From Acidobacteriota bacterium (lineage in GTDB: Bacteria > Acidobacteriota > Vicinamibacteria > Marinacidobacterales > Marinacidobacteraceae): a stretch of DNA of 64,000 nt. The notes beneath the pieces were generated by a model. It worked only from the letters and a program-made list of their open reading frames with translations. It ran no database searches and was not told the DNA's origin. Positions 26,040 through 35,001 of the stretch are shown here, one piece after another; position 1 is the stretch's first letter; the number at the start of each line of letters is the position of its first letter. The translations under genes and the position numbers were made by a program. The stretch is from NCBI GenBank assembly GCA_028877265.1, contig JAPPGX010000191.1:66144-130143 (forward strand), read 5' to 3'.

Positions 26040-28982
26040 CTATCTGGCAGCGGCGCAACGGGCGATGAAGTGCTCCTGCTCGTCGCTCAGGGGCGGGTCT
26101 TCGGCACACCGCGTCAGCGTGACCGCCGCCTCGTCGAAACGGTCGAGTGCAGTGAGGGCCTCGGCGCGGAACCAGAGGGCCCGCGCCTCCTGGGCCCGGT
26201 GGGAACGGCCCACGCCGAGGTTCTCGGGATAGGTGAGCGCCCGGTCGAAGTGGCCGAGAGCCGCCTCGGCATCTCCGGCCTCGAGCGCCTGGCGGCCGAG
26301 TTCGACCTCGGCCCGCGAGAAGAGTTGCCACACCGTGGCGTCGCCCTCCCGGAAGTTGACCCGGGTCGCGTCCAGCATGGCGATCGTTTCCTCGAACCGG
26401 CCGGTGGCGTTCAGCGCCCGGGCCAGTTCGATGGTGACGTCGTGGCGGCGGCGAACGTCCGCCGGGACGATCCGCAGCGCCCGCACCGCGTCCGCCGGAC
26501 GTCCCTCGGCGAGCAGCAGCCGCGCGAGGTCCCGGTAGAGGGTCTGGTCGGCCGGCCGGGCCGCGATCGCCTGCCGGAGGCGGTTCTCGGCCTCGGCCGT
26601 CCGACCCGCGACCTTCCAGTGCACCATCCCGAGCGCCCGGTGGGCGGTCGAGAGGCCCGGGTCGAGAGCCGTCGCCGCCTCCCAGGCCGCGGTCGCCTCC
26701 TCGAAGCGGCCCAGTCCGGCCAACAGGTGGCCGAGGAGGAGGCGCGGGGTCGCCGACGCCGGAAGATGCTCCGCCGCGGACCGGAGCACCGGCAGGGACT
26801 CGGGACGCGAGGGGAAGGCGTAGTCGAGCGGCGCGGCGAGCGCTTCGTCGCGGTAGCGGCGAGCCGCTTCGCCGCTCGCCCACTCCGCCGCGTGGAACAG
26901 GAGCACCGGTCCGGGCTCGAACCCGCCGTCCCCGCGGAGGCCGTCGAGCACCTTGAGCGCCATGTCCCCGAGCCCAAGCTCGGCGAGGGTCACGAGCAGT
27001 TCGGTGAAGGCGAACTCCGGCTCCCCCGCGAGCGCCGTCATGGCCCTCGCGGCTTCGGCCCGCGCCGGGCCGCTGGCGGTGTGGAGGCGCACCGCCCAGG
27101 GAATGAGTTCGACGGTGCCCCGCTCGATCATGCGTCCGGCGAGGTCCGCGGCCCGTTCGCGGTCGCTGCCGCGAAGGTGCGCGAGCGGTAGCAGGTCGCG
27201 GCCACCGCGCCGCAGCGCCGGGACTGCTTCGGTGGCATTGCCCTGCCGGACCTTCACCCGGCCGATCAGGCGCCAGGCCGAGGCTTCGACGCCGGCGAGC
27301 TTGGTGGCCAGATAGGCCGAGTCCAGCGCGCCCGCATCGTCACCGAGCCGGTAGCCGGCGACCGCGTGGAGGAAGCGCGCGAAACCGTGCTCGGGGTCCG
27401 CGGCGGCGACCCCGGCCAGCCGGTCGGCCGCCCGCTCGTAGAGCCCGGCCTTCAGGTCGAGTGCGGCCAGTCCGACCGCGGCGTCCGCGTGGCCGGGCGC
27501 CAGCGCGAGCGCCCGCTCGTAGAGCCGGCGGGCCTCGGCGCGGTTCAGGTCCTTGTCGGCGCGTTCGGCGGCCTGGAACGCTTCCTCGGCGTTTGCCGGT
27601 TCGGTCGCCTCGACGAGCGGCGGTGGCTCCTCGACCGGGATCTCGAGCGGAGACCGATAGGCGAGGACACTTCCGCCGTCAGCGGTTACCGCGACTTCGA
27701 TCGAGGCCGCGGGTGGCCCCGGCCATTCGACGGTCGCGACCGCCTCCGGGACCAGGTCGACGGTCGTGGAGTGCGCCGTTCCGCCGCTGCTCAGCCGGAT
27801 GTCCGCTCCGGGCAGTGCTCTCGTGGCGAGGAACAGGAAGCGCGTCTCTCGATCGCCCTCGATCCGCTCGACCACCAGGTCGGGGGTCGCGTATTCGAAA
27901 CCCTCACCGAGCCCGAACACCGGCGTCCACTCTTCGCGCCAGAAGACCCGCTGGCCCGGATGGACCCAGGCGTAGTCCGACTGGGTGGGCAGGGGACCGC
28001 TCTGCACCTCGATGTAGGGGCCGTCCTCGTCCGTGAGGGCGCGCTGGTTCATCATGCCGTCGTCGCCTTGGCCCCACGTCCAGCCCTTCTTCCCGGGCAG
28101 CTCGCGATGGTCCGCGGTCTGGACGATGCCCCGGTCATCCCCCGAGTCGTAGGCGCCGAAGAAGTCGTGGACCGCCCGGTAGGCGAAGATCGAGGTCGGT
28201 TCGGGATAGTTGGGAAGCCGGGTCATGTCCACCCCGTTGTCTTCGGGGAACCGGTAGAAGGTGGTCCCGAAGTGGTCGGTGGCGAGGGACATCGGATAGA
28301 CGAAGCGCGTGCCGTCGCGCTGGGGGAAGGCGGTGTTGTTCCAGAAGTAGTAGGGATGGGGGAGATCGGTCGGGTTGAAGATGGTGATCTCCTGGTCGAG
28401 CCGGGCCGTTCCCGGGCGGAGCGTGAGGCGCACTTCCCAACCGGTGCGGAAGCTCTGCTCGATCTCGCCGATCACGAGCGTCGCCGAGCCGTCCTCGTTC
28501 TGGACTCCGGTGACGTTCACCGGCGAATAACTGGTCACGGTGTGGCCCTGCGGACCCCGGTTCCACTCAATGCCGCCCGAGATCCAGGCGCCCCGGAGCG
28601 CGATCAGGCCGGGCCGGATGACCCGGTTGTTGTAGAACATCTGTTCGTTCTCGCGCTTGTCGAGGACCCACTGGATGCGGCCCCCGATCTCGGGAAGACA
28701 GGCCACCTTCAGGTACTCGTTCTCGAGGAAGAACGCCCTCCAGGTGTGGTCGGCCCGTTCCGTGCCCAGGTTGTCCTGCATCGTGTAGGGATAGACGATG
28801 GAGTTGTCGGTCTCGCGGAACTGCGGGTTCGGATCGTCGGGAAGGAGCGCGTAGGTCGGGAGGGTGAGTTCGCCTTCCCAGACGCGGACCGGCTCCTGGG
28901 CCGCCGCGGAAACGGAAACGGCGGCAGCGAGAAACAGCGCCTTCAGCAGGGTCGGGGGGCGTGGAGCGAGCATGCGCGTCAC
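26040..28982 (-). CDS. Large secreted protein: N-terminal DUF5107-like beta-rich domain plus C-terminal TPR-repeat region (about 980 aa)
   Basis: It has a signal peptide. The N-terminal 450 aa are Trp/Tyr-rich, as in DUF5107. The C-terminal 500 aa are TPR-like alanine-rich repeats (AEARRLYERALALAPGHADA..., ATAAWEAATALDP...). Confidence 0.6.
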   Translation of the reverse strand: MTRMLAPRPPTLLKALFLAAAVSVSAAAQEPVRVWEGELTLPTYALLPDDPNPQFRETDNSIVYPYTMQDNLGTERADHTWRAFFLENEYLKVACLPEIGGRIQWVLDKRENEQMFYNNRVIRPGLIALRGAWISGGIEWNRGPQGHTVTSYSPVNVTGVQNEDGSATLVIGEIEQSFRTGWEVRLTLRPGTARLDQEITIFNPTDLPHPYYFWNNTAFPQRDGTRFVYPMSLATDHFGTTFYRFPEDNGVDMTRLPNYPEPTSIFAYRAVHDFFGAYDSGDDRGIVQTADHRELPGKKGWTWGQGDDGMMNQRALTDEDGPYIEVQSGPLPTQSDYAWVHPGQRVFWREEWTPVFGLGEGFEYATPDLVVERIEGDRETRFLFLATRALPGADIRLSSGGTAHSTTVDLVPEAVATVEWPGPPAASIEVAVTADGGSVLAYRSPLEIPVEEPPPLVEATEPANAEEAFQAAERADKDLNRAEARRLYERALALAPGHADAAVGLAALDLKAGLYERAADRLAGVAAADPEHGFARFLHAVAGYRLGDDAGALDSAYLATKLAGVEASAWRLIGRVKVRQGNATEAVPALRRGGRDLLPLAHLRGSDRERAADLAGRMIERGTVELIPWAVRLHTASGPARAEAARAMTALAGEPEFAFTELLVTLAELGLGDMALKVLDGLRGDGGFEPGPVLLFHAAEWASGEAARRYRDEALAAPLDYAFPSRPESLPVLRSAAEHLPASATPRLLLGHLLAGLGRFEEATAAWEAATALDPGLSTAHRALGMVHWKVAGRTAEAENRLRQAIAARPADQTLYRDLARLLLAEGRPADAVRALRIVPADVRRRHDVTIELARALNATGRFEETIAMLDATRVNFREGDATVWQLFSRAEVELGRQALEAGDAEAALGHFDRALTYPENLGVGRSHRAQEARALWFRAEALTALDRFDEAAVTLTRCAEDPPLSDEQEHFIARCAAAR

Positions 28983-29057
28983 CTCGTCTGGGCGGGAGAG
29001 GCTATACGGGTTCGGCGTCAGGGTTCTGTCGCAAGAGAGGACCCGGACGAATGTTCA

Positions 29058-29726
29058 TCAGGGGACCAGACGCAACGGGCGGAAGGCCTCCGGCACGTGG
29101 AAGCTGGGGCTGCCGGTCGGGGACCAGGCGGCGAAGACGGCGCCCGCTTCCGGGGCCTCGGGACCGCCGGGCCGCTTGATGCGGAAGACGTTGAAGCGGA
29201 TTTCGGTGCCGGGGGCGGGAGGACCGGAGAGATCGAGGCCGGCCCAGGGCAGGAACAGGGTTCCGACCCAGCGGTCCTTCGACGTCGCCACGGCCGTCCT
29301 CAAGCCGGTGACCGAGTACCCCCGATCCATCGGTCCGATGGGATCGGAAGCCGTCTCTCCCGGTCCGAGCCTCCTCAGATCGCAGACCACGTTCGCCGGG
29401 TTGAGCTCCACTTCGACGTAACGGCCGTCGCCGAGGGGATCGAGGAAGATCTCGACCACCTCCTCTTCCCAGAGCCGGTCGTCGCGCTCCGTCATGGTGA
29501 ACCACGGTGCGTCGTCCTCCGAGTCGAACCGCAGGTGGAGACCGTGCTCGTTCCAAAGCGCCCGGAACCGGGTCCGGTAGGGCTCGGGCCCCCACACGAC
29601 TTCCCGGGCGCGTTCCCACTCCGGGGCGTCCCCGGCGAGGAGGGAGGCGGCGCCCGCCGACGTATTTCGGGCTTCGTAGAAGGGTTGGGGCTGCCACCCG
29701 AGCATCAGCAGGATCAACGAGACCAT
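29058..29726 (-). CDS. Secreted protein with CBM9/DOMON-like carbohydrate-binding fold (hypothetical)
   Basis: 222 aa with an N-terminal signal-like segment. Resemblance to family-9 carbohydrate-binding modules is recalled from blocks such as LHLRFDSEDDAPWFTMTERDDRLWEEEVVEIFLDP and YVEVELNP. Confidence 0.45.
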   Translation of the reverse strand: MVSLILLMLGWQPQPFYEARNTSAGAASLLAGDAPEWERAREVVWGPEPYRTRFRALWNEHGLHLRFDSEDDAPWFTMTERDDRLWEEEVVEIFLDPLGDGRYVEVELNPANVVCDLRRLGPGETASDPIGPMDRGYSVTGLRTAVATSKDRWVGTLFLPWAGLDLSGPPAPGTEIRFNVFRIKRPGGPEAPEAGAVFAAWSPTGSPSFHVPEAFRPLRLVP

Positions 29727-29931
29727 CGGTGCCGGGAATCGTTACTCAGTCTGCGTCTCGGTGACCGAAGGCCAGTGTGCAAAGAGTTGGAGTCGCCCGA
29801 TCCAATGGTCCGAATCCTCGGTCGGAACCACCGGCAGGAGTGGGTTCCAGTGGATCATCATGGAAATGTTTTTCAATGACTTGAGATCGTAACGGAGCCT
29901 TGCTGAAGCTCCGAGAACAGGGCATAAAATT

Positions 29932-29943
29932 TGCATATATGCA
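29932..29943. promoter_or_regulatory. 12-bp perfect palindrome TGCATATATGCA inside an AT-rich (about 45% GC) 250-bp island upstream of the TonB-receptor-like gene; candidate operator
   Basis: The sequence reads aaaaTTTGCATATATGCATaaaag. AT-rich tracts (tgtttttcaatgac) surround it in a roughly 70% GC genome. Downstream GTTCC/GGAAC palindromes lie at 29975-30030 (GTTCCAGAAGTTCCCGGAACGCC and GGAACGCCGCGTGGCGGGCGGTGTTCC). Confidence 0.45.
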
Positions 29944-30196
29944 TAAAAGTCACGAGATTCGCGTGGCCTGAACGGGAGTTCCAGAAGTTCCCGGAACGCC
30001 GCGTGGCGGGCGGTGTTCCATGGGGTGTTGACGGGCTTCGGATTTCGCTATCCGTCTACCTGGCTTCAGGAACGGAACCCGTCCCCCGGAATAAAACCGC
30101 TCGTTAGGGAAGACGCCCTTGTTCGGCGTCCCGAGTCCGGGAAAGCCTTGTCAGTTTCCAGCAGTTCTTCTGTTTCTCGAAGGGAGGAGGCGAACG

Positions 30197-33067
30197 ATGC
30201 GTTTCAGGAATAGACCAGTTCCAGCAGCTGTGGCGGCGGTGTCAGTCGTCGTCCTTCTCTTTCTTTCTGCGGCGCCGGAAGCGGGGGCGCAGGGAGCCGC
30301 GGCGCTCATGACCGGCACCGTGCAGGATGAGACCGGGGCGGTGCTGCCCGGGGCCACGGTGACCGCGACGAACCAGGAGAGCGGTGTACAGCGGGTAACC
30401 GTCACGGATGAGTTCGGGCGCTACCGGCTCCCCGCGCTGATTCCGGGCGTCTACCAGATCACCGGGCAGATCTCCGGTTTCGAGACGCTCACGATGACCG
30501 ACATCACGCTGCAGATCGGCCAGGAGGCGAGCCTCGACTTCACCCTCGGGGTCCGCTCGATCGAGGAGTCGGTCACCGTTACCGGAGCGTCGCCGTTGAT
30601 CGAGACCACGAAGTCGGAGATCGCTCAAGCGGTCACCGATCTCCAGATCCAGACCCTCCCGGTGAACACCCGCGAGTGGATCAACCTTGCGATGCTCGCC
30701 GCCGGCGTGAGCCAGGACAACATCCGGGGCTACTACAACAACGCCAACATCGGCGGCGGCTCGCGCTGGTACTCCAACGCCTTCGTGGTGGACGGGGTGC
30801 GGAACACCTGGGCGGAACAGGGAGAGCCGCGCCAGAACTTTCCGATGGATTCGATTGCGGAGTTCAGGGTCACCCAGTCGCTCTACAAGGCCGAGGAGGG
30901 ACTGGCCAGCGGCGGACTGCTCACCGCCGTGACGAAGTCGGGCACGAACACGCTGACCGGCAGCACCTTCCTCTACCTGCGCGACAAGGCGCTGAACGCG
31001 CTCGGCGAATTCGAGGACGAAAAGCCCGCCTTCAAGCGCTACCAGTTCGGAGGCAGCCTGGGCGGTCCCATCGTCGAGGACCGGACCCATTTCTTCTTCT
31101 CGTACGAGCGCACCGAGCTGGATCACTTCTTCACCGTGAACACCGGTGGCGCGCTGCCGGCGGAAGAGGGCACCTTCCCACGCGACGACTACCGGCAGAT
31201 GTACGTCCTTCGCTTCGACCACCTCTTCAACCCCTACCACTCCATGATGGTCCGCTATGCGCAGGAGGACGAGCGGCAGGAGGACATCGGGGCAGGCGGC
31301 ACCCGTCTGAAAGGCTCCGGCTTTACCCAGCACATCCCCCGCCGCGCCGTGGTCGGCACCTACTCGTGGATTCCGAACAACGATGCGCTGAACGAGTTCC
31401 GGGTCCAGTGGGCGTTCGCCGCCTACCAGATCTGGCCGGGCAGTTCCGCCGAGAACTTCACCGAGAACGGCATCTGGAGCGAGGCGCGCTTCAACGCGCT
31501 CGACCAGGTCATCATCCGGCCCAGCTCGCGTCGGGGCTTTTCCTGGGCCGACGTTGGGCCCGAGGTGCGTCTCCAGTTCCGCGACGACTTCTCCTACTTC
31601 GTGACGGGCCGGGGAGGCGAACACGCCATCAAGATGGGCGTGGACTACTCCTGGGTGGACTTCAGCGACGACTGGTCGGGGAACCCCCGCGGCACCTTCC
31701 GTTTCCCGACCGACGCGCCCTATGACCCCGGCAACCCGGAGACCCATCCCACCCTCTTCACCGCGTCCGGTCCCTTCGCTCTCCTCCGCGCGTTCCAGTA
31801 CGGCGGCTTTCCGGCCGAGTGGAACACCAACGTCAAGTCCGCCTACTACTCCGCGTACATCCAGGATGACTGGAAGCCCAATGACCGGATGACGCTGAAC
31901 CTCGGCCTCCGCTACGACCTCCAGACCGGCGTCTTCAACAAGGATCTGGACCGCTCCATCTCTCCTTTCATCGAGCCGGACGCGAGGGGCGACAACAACA
32001 ACTTCGGTCCCCGCTTCGGCTTCGCCTACGACCTTACGGGGGACGGCCGGTCGGTGATGCGCGGGGGCTACGGGCTCTACTACGACAACATCCGCACGTT
32101 GCCGCAGTTCGGTGAACGACGGAACTTCCAGTACATCAACCTGCAGATCCGGAACCCGGGGTATCCCGATCCGTTCGGCGGCCGGGACTTCCTCGAGTTC
32201 GCCTCCACCGCGGCCCCCGGGATCACCATTACCGACAACGGCTACGTGAACCCGTATTCCCACCAGGCGAACGTCAGCTTCACCCGGCAGATCAGTTCCG
32301 ACCTGGCCATGTCGGTGGACTTCAACTACACAAAGGGAAATGCGTACCGCTCGGTGCGGGACATCAACATCTTCCCCGGGCCGGGCCTCGCGCGCCCCAA
32401 CCCGGAGTACGCGCGCATCACGGAAGTCGGGAACCTCGGTGGGACGGAGTACAAGGCGATGTTCGTCCGCCTCGACAAGCGGTTCGCCGACAACTGGCAG
32501 TTGATGGCCTCCTACACCCTCTCGAAGTCGGACGACTATCCCGACGGTTTCCCCCAGGATCACACCAATGTGGATAACGACTGGGGGCCGGACAGCACCG
32601 ACCGGCGTCACCGGGCGGTGATCAGCGGCATCTGGATGCTTCCCTACGGCATCGAGTTGAGCGGTATTGCCGACATCCGGTCCGCTCGCCCGGTGAACAT
32701 CACCGCGGGCACCGACCTGAACGGAGATGCGATCAGCGGTGACCGGCCGCCGGGGGTGACCCGAAACCAGGGCTGCCGCGATCTCGATTTCGGCGCCGTC
32801 AACGCCTACCGGCAGTCGATCGGCCTCTCCGCGGTGAACGAAGGCGCCTTCGAATGCCCGAACTATTTCAACGTGGACTTTCGGCTGAGCAAGCGCTTCA
32901 ACATCGGGGGACCCCGGGATCTGGAACTCTTCGTCCAGGCGTTCAACCTGTTCAACCGTGCGCATTTCGCGATCCCGGTCGGTAACGTGCGTTCCGGCGC
33001 CTTCGGAACGTCGGTCAGCGCCGGGTTCCCGCGCCAGGTCGAGCTGGCGGCAAGGATCCATTTCTGA
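30197..33067 (+). CDS. TonB-dependent receptor-like outer membrane protein with N-terminal carboxypeptidase-regulatory-like domain (Acidobacteria/Gemmatimonadetes type, about 955 aa)
   Basis: ATG at 30197 is preceded by GGGAGGAGG. It has a signal peptide and a CarbopepD domain (GTVQDETGAVLPGATVTATNQESGVQRVTVTDEFGRYRLPALIPGVYQI). The plug-like block is LIETTKSEIAQAVTDLQIQTLP. The C-terminus has aromatic-rich beta-strands ending RIHF. Confidence 0.8.
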   Translation: MRFRNRPVPAAVAAVSVVVLLFLSAAPEAGAQGAAALMTGTVQDETGAVLPGATVTATNQESGVQRVTVTDEFGRYRLPALIPGVYQITGQISGFETLTMTDITLQIGQEASLDFTLGVRSIEESVTVTGASPLIETTKSEIAQAVTDLQIQTLPVNTREWINLAMLAAGVSQDNIRGYYNNANIGGGSRWYSNAFVVDGVRNTWAEQGEPRQNFPMDSIAEFRVTQSLYKAEEGLASGGLLTAVTKSGTNTLTGSTFLYLRDKALNALGEFEDEKPAFKRYQFGGSLGGPIVEDRTHFFFSYERTELDHFFTVNTGGALPAEEGTFPRDDYRQMYVLRFDHLFNPYHSMMVRYAQEDERQEDIGAGGTRLKGSGFTQHIPRRAVVGTYSWIPNNDALNEFRVQWAFAAYQIWPGSSAENFTENGIWSEARFNALDQVIIRPSSRRGFSWADVGPEVRLQFRDDFSYFVTGRGGEHAIKMGVDYSWVDFSDDWSGNPRGTFRFPTDAPYDPGNPETHPTLFTASGPFALLRAFQYGGFPAEWNTNVKSAYYSAYIQDDWKPNDRMTLNLGLRYDLQTGVFNKDLDRSISPFIEPDARGDNNNFGPRFGFAYDLTGDGRSVMRGGYGLYYDNIRTLPQFGERRNFQYINLQIRNPGYPDPFGGRDFLEFASTAAPGITITDNGYVNPYSHQANVSFTRQISSDLAMSVDFNYTKGNAYRSVRDINIFPGPGLARPNPEYARITEVGNLGGTEYKAMFVRLDKRFADNWQLMASYTLSKSDDYPDGFPQDHTNVDNDWGPDSTDRRHRAVISGIWMLPYGIELSGIADIRSARPVNITAGTDLNGDAISGDRPPGVTRNQGCRDLDFGAVNAYRQSIGLSAVNEGAFECPNYFNVDFRLSKRFNIGGPRDLELFVQAFNLFNRAHFAIPVGNVRSGAFGTSVSAGFPRQVELAARIHF

Positions 33068-33206
33068 CGTTCTCGTCGATGCGGAGCGCTGGAGCCTGCC
33101 AGCCAGCGCTCCGCTCAAGCGCCCCCGACCCATCGGGGCGCGTATGATGGAGATTCGGCCGGCCGCGAACCTTGCGGATCGGCCTTCAGGCAAGGGAGAC
33201 GGACGG

Positions 33207-34916
33207 ATGAACAGAAAACGACTTTTTCTGACCATGGCGAGTGCGGGGTTGGGACTCGCGCTGCTGCTCGGACCGGTGCTCCATGAGCCCGCCGAAGGCG
33301 GCGGGATGAGCGTCAACGGGATGGTGGTGACTTCTCATCCGCTCGCCGCCCAGGCCGGGCTCCGGATGCTCCAGGCCGGCGGGAACGCCTTTGACGCGGC
33401 GGTGGCGAGCGCGGCCGTGAAGGCGGTCGTGGAACCCCTCATGTCCGGCCTCGGTGGCGTGGGCGGCTACGCGCTGATCCATGACGCCGAAAAGGGGGAG
33501 ATCCGGTCGGTGGACTTCATCGGTGCCGCGCCCGCAGCGGCCGAACCCGAGGCCTTCACTGCGGGCAGCCGTCTCTGGGACCGGACCCATCCCGCCCGCG
33601 ACAGCTTCCTGGCGCCGCTCGTTCCCGGAAATCTCGCTGGCTGGGCGGCGCTGCTCGAGGAATACGGCTCCATGTCCTGGGCGGAGGTCCTGGCTCCGGC
33701 GATCGAGTACGCCGAGGGTGGCTTCGCGGTGTCCCCGGCGGTTCACGGTCCATTCGGAAGCAGCGGTTTCGGCGCCGATGTCGCCCGCTATCCCTACGGC
33801 GCCAGCATCTTCTTCAAGGACGGGAAGCCTTGGCCCGTGGGCGAGGTCTTGAAGCAACCCGATCTGGCCAAGACCTTCAAGGCCATCGCCGCCGACGGGC
33901 CGGGGGCCTTTTATGGCGGGCCGATCGCGGAATCCGTCGTGAACTTCTTCCAGCAGAACGGGGGCATCCTCACCGTTGAGGACTTCGCGAACTACCGGGC
34001 GCGGTGGAGCGAGCCGCTCTCGACCACCTACCGCGGCTACACGGTGTACAGCAACCCCCCCGGCGGCTCGGGGATGACGATCCTGCAGACCCTGAACATC
34101 CTGGAGCAGTTCGACGTGCCGGCGCTCGAGCACAACTCCGAGGAGTTCGTCCATCTGGTTGCGGAAGCGATGAAGCTGGCCTTCGTGGACGAGGACACCT
34201 GGAACACCGGCAAGGACTACGCCGACATTCCGCTCGACCGGCTGCTCTCGAAGGAGTATGCGGAGCAGCAGGCGGCTCGGATCGATCTCTCCCGGGCACA
34301 GTTCCATGCGGCGGTCCGTCCCGAGAGCGACGCTCCCACCGCGGTGGAGCACACCACGCACCACACCGTGGTGGACAAGGACCACAACGTGGTGACGATC
34401 ACCCAGACGCTGATGCTCCCCGCCGGGGTGGTGGTGCCCGAGACCGGGGTCATATTCAACAACGGCATGTCCTACTTCAGCCTCGATCCGGAGAGCGTGA
34501 ACCTGATCGAAGGCGGCCAGCGCCCGCGCTTCGTGATGAGCCCGACGATCGTGACCCGCTACGACAAACCCTATTTCGCGCTCGGGTCGGCGGGCGGCTG
34601 GACGATTCCCCAGACGATCCTGCAGGTGCTGGTGCGGGCCCTCGACTACGACATGGACGCGGCGGCGGCGGTGGATGCGCCGCGTTTCGTTGTCCGCTAC
34701 CTGGCGAACTCGATTCCCTACATGGATGGGACCGACCTCGTGCTGGAGAAGGATTTCTCGGACGAGGTCCGGGAGGCGCTGAACGCCAAGGGGCACCGCC
34801 TCCGTGAGCCTCCCAACCGGATCGGGATGCTGAACGCGATCAGGATCTTCCCTGGCTCGGGAGTACTGTCCGGGGGGCCTGACAAGCGCCGCGAGGGGGC
34901 CGCGGCAGGCTGGTAG
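33207..34916 (+). CDS. ggt: Gamma-glutamyltranspeptidase
   Basis: It has a signal peptide. The N-terminal block is GGNAFDAAVASAAVKAVVEPLMSGLGGVGGYALIHD. The autoprocessing Thr context is TTHHTVVDKDHNVVTITQTL. The small-subunit block is GSAGGWTIPQTILQVL. Confidence 0.85.
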   Translation: MNRKRLFLTMASAGLGLALLLGPVLHEPAEGGGMSVNGMVVTSHPLAAQAGLRMLQAGGNAFDAAVASAAVKAVVEPLMSGLGGVGGYALIHDAEKGEIRSVDFIGAAPAAAEPEAFTAGSRLWDRTHPARDSFLAPLVPGNLAGWAALLEEYGSMSWAEVLAPAIEYAEGGFAVSPAVHGPFGSSGFGADVARYPYGASIFFKDGKPWPVGEVLKQPDLAKTFKAIAADGPGAFYGGPIAESVVNFFQQNGGILTVEDFANYRARWSEPLSTTYRGYTVYSNPPGGSGMTILQTLNILEQFDVPALEHNSEEFVHLVAEAMKLAFVDEDTWNTGKDYADIPLDRLLSKEYAEQQAARIDLSRAQFHAAVRPESDAPTAVEHTTHHTVVDKDHNVVTITQTLMLPAGVVVPETGVIFNNGMSYFSLDPESVNLIEGGQRPRFVMSPTIVTRYDKPYFALGSAGGWTIPQTILQVLVRALDYDMDAAAAVDAPRFVVRYLANSIPYMDGTDLVLEKDFSDEVREALNAKGHRLREPPNRIGMLNAIRIFPGSGVLSGGPDKRREGAAAGW

Positions 34917-35001
34917 CCGCCCGGGACCGCCGGCCTCTCTCGTTTCCGGACCCGCGTCCTCTGAAATAGACTCGGCTCATGGGGCTCGGCAGAATGTCCC
35001 G

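Noticed and set aside
26070-29879. Plus-strand ORFs of 373 and 837 aa antisense to the DUF5107-TPR gene
   Set aside because: They are antisense artefacts. The TPR protein frame shows regular alanine-rich repeats and a signal peptide.
30119-30196. N-terminal extension of the receptor-like ORF (track start at 30119, MFGVPSPGK...)
   Set aside because: It uses a non-ATG start with no RBS. The ATG at 30197 has a GGGAGGAGG RBS and begins a proper signal peptide (MRFRNRPVPAAVAAVSVVVLLFLSA).
30242-33316. 1024-aa minus-strand ORF antisense to the TonB-receptor-like gene
   Set aside because: It is antisense. The plus frame has a CarbopepD domain, a strong RBS and a C-terminal barrel signature.
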